A stretch of DNA of 63,998 nucleotides, filler included, from Neolecta irregularis DAH-3 (taxonomy: Eukaryota): NCBI GenBank assembly GCA_001929475.1. It is 7 parts of 7 records of this genome, joined end to end, with 100 filler letters (N's around TTAATTAATTAA, not from the genome) between each part and the next. Parts side by side here need not be neighbours in the genome. Positions count along the whole stretch, not along the records: positions 51,262 to 60,279 come from LXFE01001377.1; positions 60,380 to 62,788 come from LXFE01001378.1; 5 more parts are not named here. One strand, written 5' to 3'. Both the position numbers and the translations under genes were made by a program. The first letter of the stretch is position 1. Every line of letters starts with the position of its first letter. This document shows positions 51,262-62,888 of the stretch, piece by piece. The notes beneath the pieces are model-generated. The model was not told the DNA's origin. It made no database searches and saw nothing but the letters and a program-made list of their open reading frames with translations.

Positions 51262-51915
51262 TGCCGTCCATGCGCCTAAACGTCTCGACACTTTACCTGA
51301 AATCCCTGCCGTCCATGCGCCTAAACGCCTCGACACTTTACCTGAAATCCCTGCCGTCCATGCGCCTAAACGTCTTTTTCCCGACACAGTCACCCCAACT
51401 GCTGCATTGCTCAAACGTCGTAAACTAACACCCCTTCCAGAATCACATGCCACCCCACTTCCTTTGAAACTAGTCATCGACATTCCGGTTGATGATATGA
51501 CTAATCTCGGAAGAATCGAATTCTTCCACATCACCCGTCCCGCTCCGCCTCGGCACTCGTCAGACGATCCACGCTGGCGTCCCGAATGGAATGGTCGCGA
51601 AAACTTTAAACGCTTTAGAAAACCAGGGGTAAGGACATTTGCTCAGTTTGATAACCCTAGGCTCCACCTCCCACCGCCACACCCAAGCTCCGCAACTCCC
51701 TAATACCCGTGAAACCATACATAGCTCGAGAATCCCAGGAAAGAATCCCTTTGGATATTGAATCACCATCCCTCGCCGTTAAACGACAAACTACACAAAC
51801 TACACATCAAACTACACATACTACACAGACAATCGCTCCATCTCGCTCGCTTGAAGCACCGTTATTCGCCCCCCATGAAGATGACAGCGATGATGAAAGT
51901 AGATTTCGCTGGTGA
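51262..51915 (+). CDS. NBS1: Nbs1/Xrs2 (nibrin) C-terminal part
   Basis: WNGRENFKRFRK matches the Mre11-binding NFKxFxK motif, and the acidic/aromatic tail EDDSDDESRFRW* resembles the Tel1/ATM-binding tail. One intron at about 51630-51660. Confidence 0.78.
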
Positions 51916-51939
51916 TATAAATACCTCACCTTGAATCAT

Positions 51940-52050
51940 CATTGAATTAATCATTGATATAGGCTAGAGCATTCATTAATCATTGATAGTCTAGAGCATT
52001 CATTAATCATTGATATAGGCTAGAGTTCAGATTATATGCTAGAGTTCAGA
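51940..52050. repeat. Tandem repeats ATTAATCATTGATAT/AG..CTAGAG between convergent 3' ends
   Basis: Three copies of about 28 bp plus two CTAGAGTTCAGATTATA copies. Confidence 0.75.
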
Positions 52051-52063
52051 TTATACGAGTTAA

Positions 52064-52945
52064 TCAGATTAGAGTTGTCATTTGATAAAATTTATAGCTG
52101 CTCGAGCAAAATCATATCTGTCGTAATCCAGGGCAGCACGCATTCTCCCGTTGGATGCAGCTACCGAGGAAAACACTCCACTCTTTTCCCTCGAATCAAT
52201 TATCTCAATCTCAATCTCCTTGGTGAATTCGGGGTGGCCTACTTTCAGCAAAAATGATAACGTCCAGTACCCTGCAGGCTCAGAACCCGATCAGGCACCA
52301 GTAGTCCATGAATCCCTTTCTCGTTTCGGGCAATTATTATGGCATCTGCTGGTGGTTTTATGACGACATCCCGATGCATCTGCTGAAGAGCCTAGCTTGT
52401 TATTCGACTCTTCACAACTGAATCACAATAGTTTTACGACTAGTGTCGCAAAGAATTGACTCGTATCCTGGCTCGACATTTATTGTAGCAACACCAATTT
52501 CCCACCCTGCCGCATTTACTCCAACTGTTCCACCAAGCGCTCTTGCGATCGCCTGGTGACCAAAACAAATACCTGATCATCAGCACCAAACAGAAAAGTA
52601 ATACCAATGAGCTTGACATGAATGTATTCTTTGTAGACTTTTTGAATAAATTCAATCATTTTTAAAAGCCAGGGGTAATTCTCATATGCCGAGAAGCCTA
52701 GAAATGAGCAACAGAAAGAAACAAAAAATACGAGAGCCAGTGACAAGTATAGCGTCGATTCCATCCATGCTCGCTGGAAACTCCATTTTATCAATCACAT
52801 CAAAGCATCGGAATTGCATATCCGCAAACTGTCGAGACGTCAATGCGTTCCGAAACATCGTCTGGAATATATCTCCATAGCTCCCGTGAACAGCAGCTAC
52901 AGAAGGCAGTGGTTTATCAGCTTCAAGGATTGCAATAACCACCAT
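52064..52945 (-). CDS. Class I glutamine amidotransferase-like protein (YLR126C-type)
   Basis: IAILEAD, DAILVTGS, G|ICFGHQAIARALGG, MHRD and LQG|HPEF. Confidence 0.85.
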
Positions 52946-53035
52946 AACAAACGAAGCCACTATCGATCGAGGTCTCAATATGACCTGAGACTGTCATCAC
53001 GTGTATCGAGCCGGGATCAATCCTCGACTACAGTA

Positions 53036-53433
53036 ATGAATAAACGGTCTCTTGACTGCTTTTCATCCTCCGATCCAAGTGACGTAGACTCTACTTATTC
53101 TCGAACAAAAAAACGCCAAAGAGCAAAACCGAATGCAGAAAGCATTCACGGTATTTTCACTTGCAATTGGAAGCTGATTATCTAGAATCTACCCTGAAAA
53201 AATTGTTTCAGGCACAAAAGGATGTTGCCAAGGGGAGAAAGAAGGAGATCGAGCTGAAAATATTGAAATGTCTAGAATGCGATGAAATGTTGATCGACGA
53301 CGCTTCTGAAGCATACAGCAATTGCAGTTGTGCAGTCTGCCAAAGGTGTCTGGTTTTGCATACCTGTTGATTCTCGGATGGTCTCGGAGAGGTTGGGATT
53401 CTTTGTACATTAATTTGGTGGGTCCCCGTTACT
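53036..53433 (+). CDS. Small hypothetical basic, Cys-rich protein
   Basis: MNKRSLD..KKRQR, an intron, then STLKKLFQAQK..CLEC..CSCAVCQR. Divergent from the GATase and sharing the TCACGTG box. The 3' end is uncertain. Confidence 0.4.
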
Positions 53434-53437
53434 TAAA

Positions 53438-56333
53438 CTATGTAAAAGATTTTGATTGAATGGGCTTCATCCTCCTCATTCCAAGCGATTTTCTTTGAAC
53501 TGATCCAGGCTGTACTGGCCTTTCTATATGGTCTTGTTTCGTAGGGGAACTCGACAGCAAAATAAATTTTGGTTCTGGAGATGACGATCTCTTCGACTTT
53601 TTCACAGGCTGTGCTTTTTGAATCCATTGAACAAGACTTTCTTGGACAATATTCGCTTTCCGCTTTCCCGTCTTTACTGGACGAATATTACTTTTTTCGC
53701 AAAATACCGTTCGACTACTACGAAAACCAACATGGGCAACTTGAATCTTTTCTTGCTCTCTTGGGAATTTGTCAATCAGTCGATTACTATTTCCATAAAA
53801 CTCTTTTGAATTGTCTGGAGGAACGATTTCTTCCGGCAGTAGTTTGTCTTCAAAAAAGTCCCTTGACAAGGTCAACATCGTTTCACTATCTAGCTTACAG
53901 AGATTCGCTCATAACCTTGACGACATCTTCTGTCGGCCTCTCGCGACGAAGCACCTTACTAAAGTCATCCAATAAGTGGCCATCCACCAATGGACCTTGA
54001 CTCGCGAGCATCCCGCGCAGCGATCGATCGGTAATAAATATGGATTCGATATATTTGTCTAGACATTAGAAATACCCTTTTCGACTGGTACCTGATTGTT
54101 TCCTCGAAGGAAACGATAAATACAGTAGCACTGGCAGGTAAGTCTATAAATGCGGCGCTCACTTACGTTGAGCTCTGGTCATAGCAACAAACAGCAAGCG
54201 CCGCTCTTCATCAATGTCCTCTGCTCGGGAGTGTGGTATCGAGCCTTGATATATCGATGGAACAAATACAACAGGCCATTCCAAGCCTTTAGCCGCGTGG
54301 ATCGTAGATATAGTTAGGATACCTTTACCCGCAGTTTCTTCAGAATTTCCAACAAGGTCAGACATCAAGGAAATATGGGCAAGGAAATCACCGAGTGGAG
54401 TCCTGCAGGTTGTGTTTCGCTCAAGACCAATATCGGGAAGGTCATCCTCACGCAACCGAGCATCAAGCGCAAACTCTTGTAATTCTTTGATATTATCCAG
54501 CTTTTCTTGGAAATCATGCGGGTTTTTAGCTTCAAGATATTGCCGATATCTCGTCTTTTGAACGATCTGTTGAATCAAAACATCAATAGCTTCGCCATTC
54601 ATTTTCTCCAGACCTTCAATGGTCCGTACAAAAGCGCCAAGAGTAGAGCGCACTTTATCTTCACTCCGGCCGCAAAGGCGAGTATTCCCTCCGATAAAAG
54701 ACTTTAGGGATGTCCAGAGCGAGGTATGATATTGTTCCGACTCGGCAATGAGCTTGTTTAGGCGGCTTTCTCCAAACCCTCTAGAAGGCACATTGATCAC
54801 TCGCAAAAGAGCAGAGTTGTCACTGGGGTCGTTAATAAGCCGTAGATAGGCCATCACATCCTTGATTTCAGCTCGATCAAAGAACCGCTTGCCACCGGCC
54901 TATTGTGTAAGGCAATGTCTAATAATGAAATACCATTCGATATGGAATTCCCGCTCTACCAAGTCCTCGTTCTAGTTCAAATGACAAACTGGCTGATCTT
55001 AACAAGACAGCAATGTCGCCATAGTGGATCATAGTGCCGGTACGCTTTACAATCCGATTAATTTCGCGTGCAAGCCAGGTTCCTTCGCTGCGATTATCAC
55101 GAAGCTTTCGGTACGTCGGACGGGTTCCACTCATGATAGTACTTTGCAACGATTTCGGAGGTCGAGAGGTTTCTTGATTTTTAGAAATAATACAATGAAG
55201 AGAAACCTTGTTCAATGAGACTAAGTGAAGAATGAAGAATCGCTCCAGTAGACCGGTAATTTTGCTCCAAAGTGATAGTTTCAGTTTCTTTGTAGCACTG
55301 CAAGAGTTTCTTGAGATTGCGCCGATCTGCAGAACGAAATCCATATATGGATTGATCAGGATCTCCGACAACCGTGATAACAGACCGAGCTGATGCTAGC
55401 AATGACATGAGATCAAATTGGATCAAGTTGGTATCCTGATATTCATCGATGAGGACATGCTCTATATTGCCAACACACTGTGGCATTTTACGAAGAAGCT
55501 CGACCATTCGTATTAAGAGATCGTCGAAATCCTTCTTGTGAATATCGCTACAGAGGTCACATACCAAAAGATTATGTGCTATCAACTCATCCTCATAATC
55601 CCTGATCTTATTATTATCGGCAGAAATGTGCAAATATCAACCTGTAGATTTTGGCTATGTCTTCAGAGACAACTTTCTTGGTTTTCATTAATCCTGCCTC
55701 GTAGAAAGCGGCACTTTCATTATTCGCTTTGAGATGAGAGATCCTAGCCTGTACAGTGCCTAGATTGTAAGGAGCGTTGCACTCTGATTCGTACCAGGGT
55801 CCATTTCCGACTTGATTTTCTTTATTATCTTCTTGATAATCGACTTGCTAGTAGAGTAAGACGGATTGACAAGTGAACGTAACCTTTCTTCTGCATCGGC
55901 GACTCGAAAGTTTGGCCAAAGTTTAATGTGATGACCATAATTGATTAAATATTTACGACATGTAGCATGAAAGGTTCCTTGCGATCAGATTCTTATCTTG
56001 GTTCCGACGCACCGATGATAAGTTTTGATGGTAGTTCGGATCCGAGCATGCTCTGAATTCGATGTTTCATTTCGTTTGCGGCCTTGTTAGTAAAAGTGGC
56101 AACAATTATGTTTGACGGATCAATTTTCGCGGATTTAATGAGATGGACCACTCTGCAAGTAATGACTCGGGTCTTTCCAGATCCTGGGCCAGCTGTTGCG
56201 CTTCAGGCAATTGAATTTGAAATAAGATCACACCTAACACTTGCAAAACCGAAGCGGGACTAGTCACTGCAGCCATCTGCGCAGCATTCAAAGCCGCGAG
56301 ATGCGCCGGGAGATTTGCACCAGCGGGTAGCAT
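53438..56333 (-). CDS. SRS2: UvrD/Rep-family helicase Srs2
   Basis: LNAAQ, AGPGSGKT, TFTNKAA, GTFHA, IDEYQDTN, VVGDPDQSIYGFR, LEQNYRS, STIHAAKGLEWP, EERRLLFVAMTRA and C-terminal KSLGMRR. Confidence 0.93.
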
Positions 56334-56374
56334 TGGAGTATTATAGCGAATCGTCCATGGAAATAAGATTAGAA

Positions 56375-56380
56375 ACGCGT
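56375..56380. promoter_or_regulatory. MluI cell-cycle box (ACGCGT) upstream of SRS2
   Basis: ACGCGT adjacent to TCACGTG in the 86-bp MSH6-SRS2 intergenic space. Confidence 0.4.
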
Positions 56381-56419
56381 GTTCACGTGCTTCCCGTCGC
56401 ACTACTTAGTTCGTTTTAC

Positions 56420-59400
56420 TTACACCGTCAAAGCTACTCTTTTTAATCTTTCCAGCAGGGGATGCTGCGTCTGCTCCTCCTCGGCACCTCTGCTCAGCTT
56501 GCACAACCATACAAAGTCACTCTGTGTGAATAAAGGCGTTGTATTCATCGTAGAATTCCCGCCATTAGATGCTTTCGATTCATGGTCAAACTTTTGTGCT
56601 GCTTCTTCAGCCCGGGCAATCACAGACATTGGGACGCCCGCCATCTTTGCGACATTCGTACCATACGACTTCTTGCTAACACCGTCGACCAGTTTATATA
56701 GGAATGTAACTTCGCGTTTCTCCTCGTCCACTCGGACAGCCATATTTTTTAGTGCAAGTTGAGGGTGAATGGCAAAGTCTGCCGCCAAGTTTCCATAATG
56801 CGTTGTGAAAAACCCAATAGAACCCACATGGGTGAGAAGATGAGATAAGACACCATATGCTATACTCATTCCATCATAGGTACTACAGTTAGTAGTTCCA
56901 GATAAGAGACGTACCTTGTTCCTCGCCCTAGCTCGTCAAGAATAAGCAAAGATCGATCCGTAGCCTCATCTAAAATCTTCTTCGTTTCGCTCATCTCAAC
57001 CTGACGAGTAAATTACCTAAAAAGGTAGGCATAGTCACCATGAAGGTACTTTGCGCAGAAAATATGTTATCTTGAGCACCCAGACGCGACATTATTCTAT
57101 CTACTGGACGTAATATAGCGCGCTTTGCTGGTACATAGCAACCAATTTGTGCCATGATAACAGCGATGCACATAGATCTGAGTAATGTAGACTTCCCCGC
57201 TGCGTTTGCACCTGTCAAGAGACTGTAATATCAGTGGGCGCATTCAAGAAAGGGATGTGGAATACCAAAAGTTTGGTGCTTCTCCACCAAGTTGAATATC
57301 GTTCGGTATAAACTCGGACGAGATGCTCCCAGAGTTAATCAAGTTTCGGAAAGGCAAATACCCAGACTCAAAGCACGGATGACGGAGTTCGTCGAATAGT
57401 AGAACACTCCGATCTGATTCAACAAAAGTTGGCCGACAAGAAGGCTCCCCTATAGAGAGCGAACTCTGGGCCAAACTTACAAGACAATCGATATGTGCAA
57501 TCACTTTGACGGCTTGTAACCATTGCTTGTAGTCCTTGTCAAACCGAACGAAGAACCTCGATTTTAAGCTCGGAACAATGTCATTGAAGTGTTTCTCGCG
57601 GGCTTCTAAAAGCTCTTGTACTTTGCTCCGAATCTCTGGGGAATAATATCGTTTAAATTTCTTTGGTTAAGAGCGTGCAATGAAGATATATTACCTGTGT
57701 ACCGGATAGCTTATCCCAGTCTTTGGGTACATGCGTAGCTGCCGGCACCTCAATCTGGTAGATTTCCTTCCCAATATCCTTGAACGACATCGATGAACAT
57801 TTGACAGTCCGCTTGTGTTCTGCAAGAATATCATGGAGGCCATTCTCAATAGATTCAATCAAATCTTGGGATTCGTCAAATTCTGTCTCGACGCCCTTCT
57901 CAGGAATAAGAACGTCTAAAATGAGTAGACAGGTTGAAGAGATTCATACCCTCGTCCTTTGCTTTTTCACGGTCGAAAGCGGTATGCCAGTGATTCAGAC
58001 ACTCCCGCATATCAGGCAGCGATTCGAGCAACTTTCCAATTAAGCTATTAGCACCAGGCGATATTTCTTCAAGTTCGTCCACGACTCTGTAGATTTGATC
58101 AAAGGAGTCAAGGGTCCGGATAAAATCCTTAACTTTGCAACTTCCAGCATGCACTCGAGAAATCAATCTCTCAAGATCCGGTAAACGATCAAAATGACTC
58201 GAGAACGCATTTCGAAAGTCGAAGTCTCCATTAAGAAATTCTACGGCATCCAGACGAGCATTGATCTCTTTGGCATTTTGCAAGGGATGAGCGACATAAT
58301 TCTTAAACAATCGTTTGCCTTATGTATGAATATAGCACTGATGAGAGGCGTGTACCAAAAGGTGTAACGCATCGATTAAGGAGTTTGAACAAGGTACCTT
58401 CAGAACCTTGATCAAATGTATTTGCGAATATCTTAAATTAGCGAGTCGCTCGACAGTTGGAACACCTCAAGATTAATTAATGTTTGACCGTCTAAAACAA
58501 GCGAACTTCCTTTTTGCATTGGGTCATACATGGTAAAATTGCCGAGTGACACTAACTCACGATCGAGCTTGCATTGGCGGAGATACCAAATAAGGGCTCC
58601 GACGGCGGAGAATGCAATTGCATCTGATTTGATGAGCTGCAAAGTTTCGGGCCATGATGTGACTCCGGATTTCTCCTTGCTCCAATAATTACCAGTATTG
58701 ATTTCATGCTCAGTCACATCTTCTTCCCAGAATTCCTTTCCAGGCGTGATATGATTCCAAATTGAATGTACAGACAGAATGCATTTAAGTATTCGAGAGG
58801 TCTTTACACTAAGCAGTCCCTAGACATTGAGCGGACATGGAAGTGATAGTAACGCACCTTTTCGAGAACTAGTTCTGTAGGCTTAATTTGAGCGATTAAA
58901 GTTTCAAATCTTGTTCTGTCGATATCATCTTGAAAAGATGCTACTTGAAACTGTCCAGTTGCAGTATCCACAAAACAAATTCCGAATACAGGAGGCGAGG
59001 AATCGTTGGGACAATACTCTTTGATCGACATACAGTAAGTAGCCATTTCATCGGTCAATAAAGACTCATCTACCAAAGTCCCACTGGTGAGAATGCATTT
59101 GAGCTCTCTTCGGATAATTTTGTCTTCCTTTGCCTTGCCCTTCTGACCTTGTTTTTCTCGCAATTCTTTCCCTAAAGCAGTTTCTGCCTGATCCACCCTG
59201 TTCATGTTAGGAGACAATTATGAAGGGTGGATACTTTGCAACTTTATAACCTTTATTCACAAACATTGCTGCCCAATGTTCAACGTTCATTTCTGGGAAA
59301 CCAACCATTCTATGGTCACTACCAACTTGGTTGTTTATATACCTCATATTCACTCGATCCGTCAGTTTAAGGTCAAAAAGCTGATGGCCAATGGTTGCAT

Positions 59401-60139
59401 CGTCTTCGTACCTGAGGGGTCAAGCAAATTCAATGATGGCCGAATACAGTTCATAAAATTTACCCTTTTTGAAAAACACGATTGTATTGAAATGTTGAGA
59501 TTTGATCTCCCAGAATTGCTTCTCAAAAGGTGTAAATTCGTTCCAGGCCTTTGGTGGGATGTAGAGTGTTCGCGGGTCATAATCCGGATGATTCGGTCGG
59601 CGTTGTTCAGCATCGCGAATGTCTCGAAGCCAGGAATGTCGCTGTTCGTTCTTTTTTCCAATAGGTGTAGTCTCTTCTTCCCTCTTTTGGGGTCTTGGGG
59701 TATAGGTTCGAGACCGAGAAGTGGATGCCGACCCGGGCGAGGACGGATCTGCTCTAAAACTGCTCAGGGGTGTCTTCTTCACTACTGAAGACGGGGTTTG
59801 ACCATATTTCGAGGATGGTGCTTTCGAGTATGAAACAGGTGTTGCTGTTATACTTTAGTGTGATGAAAGGCATTGTATTGACATACTATCCGGATCTTGT
59901 ATGGCAAGATCTTCCATATATTCGTCTTCATCATCTGTGATGATTCTGCATCGTTTGGATGCTGTGTTAGGTCAGGCTTGCGCTAAATAAAAGGATATAC
60001 GTCTTGTGATTTTAAATGACTGTTCTTCTGGCTCCGAATCACCATTACGATCTTCGGAATCGAAATGATGGGGAGGTGTCCGGGATTTTTTGGGCACAAG
60101 CGGAGAAGATGGAATGGGCGACGATGCAGGTTTGAAGAA
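56420..60139 (-). CDS. MSH6: DNA mismatch-repair protein Msh6 (5' end in the gap)
   Basis: [69 protein letters not shown] and [13 protein letters not shown]. Confidence 0.95.
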
Positions 60140-60423
60140 NNNNNNNNNNTCCTTGACTCGCGAGCATCCCGCGCAGCGATCGATCGGTAATAAATATGGA
60201 TTCGATATATTTTTCTAGACATTAGAAATACCCTTTTCGACTGGTACCTGATTGTTTCCTCGAAGGAAACGATAAATACNNNNNNNNNNNNNNNNNNNNN
60301 NNNNNNNNNNNNNNNNNNNNNNNTTAATTAATTAANNNNNNNNNNNNNNNNNNNNNNNNNNNNNNNNNNNNNNNNNNNNTGTGCTTCGCTTCCAGTTGAA
60401 ATTGATTGTTTGCATCTAGTTTT

Positions 60424-60966
60424 TTAAACTGTCAGATCAATAGGGTCACAGTCACAAAGCAATACCAAAATACTTGACGACTCTCTCAACAAAGATCGTT
60501 GTCTCGTGATCCGGTTATATGGGTCCTTAACTGTATCTGACTGAAGATGTGGCATGCATCCTCTTAACATGACTGCCACAATCAAGAAGGGGTCTCCATA
60601 CTTGGCCTTTATGTCATAGTATTCTGTCCGCTCACACAGACCAATTCCTGCTGGAGGTAGAGTTTTCAATAGTTCTTCGAATTTGGATACTCCATTGGAC
60701 ACTGGTACAATATTGTTATCTGGAATGTTGTAGTCCTGTAGAGCTTTCAATAGTTGTTCCAACTGGGATACATTTTTGGATACTGGTGGAACATTGGGAT
60801 CCTGTGTGGTAACCTGTGTATTTCCCACAACATTTTGATGTGTTGCAGTAGAACCTATAACACGAGTAGCCAACTGTATCTTCCTACAACCATAAGCAGC
60901 ATCCATAAGGAGAAGGCATTACCTCGGGTTCGGGAAAAGCTGTGGTCGAAGCTTAGGCACAAGCAT
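60424..60966 (-). CDS. Orphan small Cys-containing protein, paralog A (signal peptide apparently degraded)
   Basis: Exon 1 MLVPKLRPQLFPNPR, GT-AG intron 60884-60922, then ..STATHQNVVGNTQVTTQDPN..YGDPFLIVAVMLRGC..LRESS..LCD. Confidence 0.65.
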
Positions 60967-61106
60967 GTCAAATACCCATTTCTCTGGATCATTCTTGTAT
61001 TTCAAATATTTTTGATCATTGCTGATTGTTTCCAGAACAGTTTCAATAGCATGCTTCGCTTTCTGTTGAAGTGGATTGGTTGGATCTGATTTAGTAAACT
61101 ACCAGA

Positions 61107-61524
61107 TCAATTGGGCCAGTCACAAAGTGTTACCAAATTCTTCGATGACTCTCTCAATGTATGTCGACAATTCATAATACTGTGGAAATTGATGTCCGCC
61201 GTACCTTTACCTATGGGTTCGCATCCAGCTAATATGACCGCCACAATATAAAATGGATCTCCATATTCCTTTTTCATGTCTTTGTACTGTGTGTGACCAC
61301 ACCGACGAATGCCTATTTCAGGTGGATTATCCCATAGTTTTTTCAACTCGGCTACTGGGTCGAACACTGGTAGATCATTGGGATCCTGTGTGGTAACTTG
61401 TGTATTTCCAACAAGATTTTGGTGTGTTGCAGTAGCATGCATGAAAGCAAGGATGCTGAAGGATATAGTCCTATAAACATAAGTAGCATCCACAAAAGAA
61501 AAGGAAATGCCTCAAAAACAACAT
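61107..61524 (-). CDS. Orphan small secreted Cys-containing protein, paralog B (effector-like)
   Basis: A GC-AG intron at 61471-61510, homologous in position to paralog A, yields signal peptide MLFLRTISFSILAFMHATA, then THQNLVGNTQVTTQDPN..YGDPFYIVAVILAGC..LRESS..LCD. Confidence 0.7.
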
Positions 61525-62317
61525 GTTGATGTTGGGGTACTCTGTCGCCTAATAAACTGGATCTTGCGTGTTTATAGAGGTGAAAATGTTGGCGTGTCAC
61601 AAAGAAAGACCCTTTAGGAGATGTCTCAGTGAGAAGCCAGAATATGGCTGAAGCTGCCACTGAGTCACCACGATGGCGTCACAAGGATGGTCTTTGTGTT
61701 GCTTTTCTACATGTTGTGGATGGGCCAAAGCCTGCATGTGGCACCGCTGACCAGATATTGACTGCAACACCAAATTTCAACACAAAGTCCGTTCCAGGAT
61801 GATGATGGCGGGTATTTCTTTTTCTTATTTTAGTTATCTATTTTATCTCTACTTCCTGGATCGCTGGTAGAGTGTTGTGCAGCCATTGACCGCTCCCGGT
61901 TTTTCTACCTCGGTAATTTCCTATTTTCACGTTCTCTTATTTTGTCACTCTGCTCTTTCCGTTTTGTTACCAGCCTGCTGCTGGCAGCTATAAGGGCAGC
62001 GGCAGCGTCCATCAGCGGCTGCAGGTGCGGCGCGCGGGATACAAGGACGGCCGAGCGCAGCAAGCCTGTGCGGGTGTAGCCCTTGCAGTGCAAGCGCACC
62101 TGCACATTGCCGTCGCTGTATGTAGGGAGCTCGGGCAGCTCGAGCGTCTCAGCCATCGCGCGTTGGCGGGGCGGTTTGGTGTCGTCTCCCCTCAGCCCCC
62201 GGCCCGTCCCTGCACTTTGTTCGAAAGATTGAACAGAACCCTGAACAACATAAGAATTTCACCAAGAAGGAAGAATTTACATGCAGGACAGATTTATAGG
62301 CTAGGTATGTCTTGCAA

Positions 62318-62382
62318 AGTTGCCAATACTTGGGCTAGAAACAATACAACCTAGTCTTATTCGTATCTGGGCTTCAATACTT
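62318..62382 (-). mobile_element. LTR 5' fragment (same family)
   Basis: Reverse complement is nearly identical to 43689-43753. Confidence 0.7.
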
Positions 62383-62724
62383 GAACCCACCCCTCCGATT
62401 TCCCCTTCGCTCGCCACGCTGCTTCACATCTACCCCATCACACCCGTCCTACTCATCCTCTCCATTGCCGCCTACTACTACTCCGTGGATGTTGCTGAGT
62501 TTGTAGGCACTGCAATGAACAGGACGGAATATCATGACACTCTGTGAATTACTGAAGGGCGGTGTTTTCAAAGTGGACGTTTTCTAGTCTGGAGTCATAA
62601 TAATCACCGTCTAAGTGGCGATACGGTGCGTGGTGGCGTTCTGCAGGTTGTGGGCAGAACAAAACAGACAATCGCAATATGGAGCACGATGGGCGCTGTC
62701 AATCTAGAACATAGAGATGTTGGT

Positions 62725-62788
62725 TGTAAGCATATACCCTCGGGTAGAGCTTACCATTACGGAAGGAAGGCTTGCAATAATATTGCGG
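62725..62788 (-). mobile_element. LTR 3' end (same family), rest in the gap
   Basis: Reverse complement CCGCAATATT..GCAAGCCTTCCTTCC..GGTAAGCTCTACCCGAGGGTATATGCTTACA. Confidence 0.7.
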
Positions 62789-62888
62789 NNNNNNNNNNNN
62801 NNNNNNNNNNNNNNNNNNNNNNNNNNNNNNNNTTAATTAATTAANNNNNNNNNNNNNNNNNNNNNNNNNNNNNNNNNNNNNNNNNNNN

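Noticed and set aside
60150..60279. Copy of SRS2 sequence (about 53995-54124) upstream in the MSH6 5' region
   Set aside because: Near-identical 130 bp isolated between N gaps; most likely a misplaced read or haplotype contig rather than a gene fusion.
37020..62788. Dispersed repeats separated by unique sequence as a CRISPR-like array
   Set aside because: Irregular spacing, both orientations, different contigs, and TG..CA ends with a TSD fit solo LTRs.
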